A stretch of 64,000 nucleotides of DNA from Bilabrum cf. latius (lineage: Eukaryota): positions 496,001 to 560,000 of the forward strand of contig OZ237736.1 in NCBI GenBank assembly GCA_965178125.1. The letters run 5' to 3'. The notes beneath the pieces were generated by a model, which did not search any database, had not been told where the DNA came from, and was given only the letters and a program-made list of their open reading frames with translations. The stretch's first letter is position 1; each line of letters opens with the position of its first letter. Positions 63,467 to 64,000 of the stretch are shown here, piece after piece. The position numbers and the translations under genes were made by a program.

Positions 63467-64000
63467 AGAATGGACATTGCCAGTCGGTATGTGTTGGAAT
63501 CAGGTGAACAGCAGTAGCACGGCAGAGCGGGTGCAGTCCATGATGGAAATCAGTACCGGCGCAGGGATGCAGTCGTTCCGGAACCTGGGCTAGCAATCAC
63601 TAGCAAGCATGGAATGCTTTAGGCTGATACACGATCATGGAATGCGGATAGTGGAACAGGTCGGGCAGGAGTCATCAAATCCTTGGTTCTTGTTGAGACG
63701 ACGGTTGGCATAGCAGGGTGCAGGAATCCCAGCGCTGAATCGAAGTGGCCCCGCAATAGCGCTCACAGTAGATTGCGTCGCATTGTGTCGACATTGTCGC
63801 TGGCGTACCCCGTGCGATTGGCATTTATCAGAGTGATGGCCGTGCTGGATTGGGACACCTAGCTGCTGCTAGCATCGAGTTGCATCCAGGGAGGCTCGGG
63901 GTTGCGGAACACTGACAGTCGCGAGGCCCCCCTCATTGAAGAAGATGCGTCGGACCATGATAGAATAGTTGGGTAGATGTTTTCAGACTCCGAGTCGGAC
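60179..64000 (+). CDS. Receptor-like multi-pass membrane protein, paralogue D (3' end runs off the window)
   Basis: join(60179..60347,60429..>64000). Signal MHVLFLVALVQDAFS; 81-nt GTAAGA...CGCAG intron; 9 TAGs and no TAA/TGA up to the window end. Confidence 0.8.

Noticed and set aside
832-64000. Interpretation of the fragmented ORFs as widespread pseudogenes or sequencing errors
   Set aside because: The interruptions are exclusively TAG, preserve frame, are shared between paralogues and align with Gln; the gene models need no frameshifts.
832-64000. UAG as pyrrolysine or Leu, or ciliate-type UAR=Gln
   Set aside because: Aligned residues are mostly Gln. TAA is never in frame in the intact models and terminates VPS29 and two other genes.

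Overview
GC-rich, gene-dense eukaryotic (protist-type) nuclear DNA with short GT-AG introns (mostly 80-135 nt). The main result is a non-standard nuclear genetic code: TAG is a sense codon, almost certainly Gln, while TAA and TGA remain stops. The supplied ORF track is fragmented at TAGs. Reading TAG as Gln joins the fragments into about 20 genes containing roughly 120 in-frame TAGs (hand count). The 19 complete models end in TGA (16) or TAA (3). TAG aligns repeatedly with CAG/CAA between paralogues and falls inside conserved domains of acylphosphatase, HIBADH, DUF1295 and Cdt1. Genes recognised: BC-box/LRR protein, Nudix-like protein, HPt phosphorelay protein, giant WD40 protein, LRR-ankyrin protein, HIBADH, secreted GH31 with a PAN/apple insert, very long CDT1, VPS29, acylphosphatase, kelch protein, type-I membrane propeller-like protein, DUF1295 and a bacterial-type PL8 lyase. 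The last 17 kb holds four paralogues (-,+,-,+) of an unrecognised ~1400-aa receptor-like membrane protein, built from near-identical DNA blocks alternating with hypervariable cassettes; two copies form a ~2.7-kb inverted repeat. All translations, counts and family assignments were done by eye without database searches. The organism cannot be identified from this window; a bicosoecid/stramenopile-like flagellate is only a guess.
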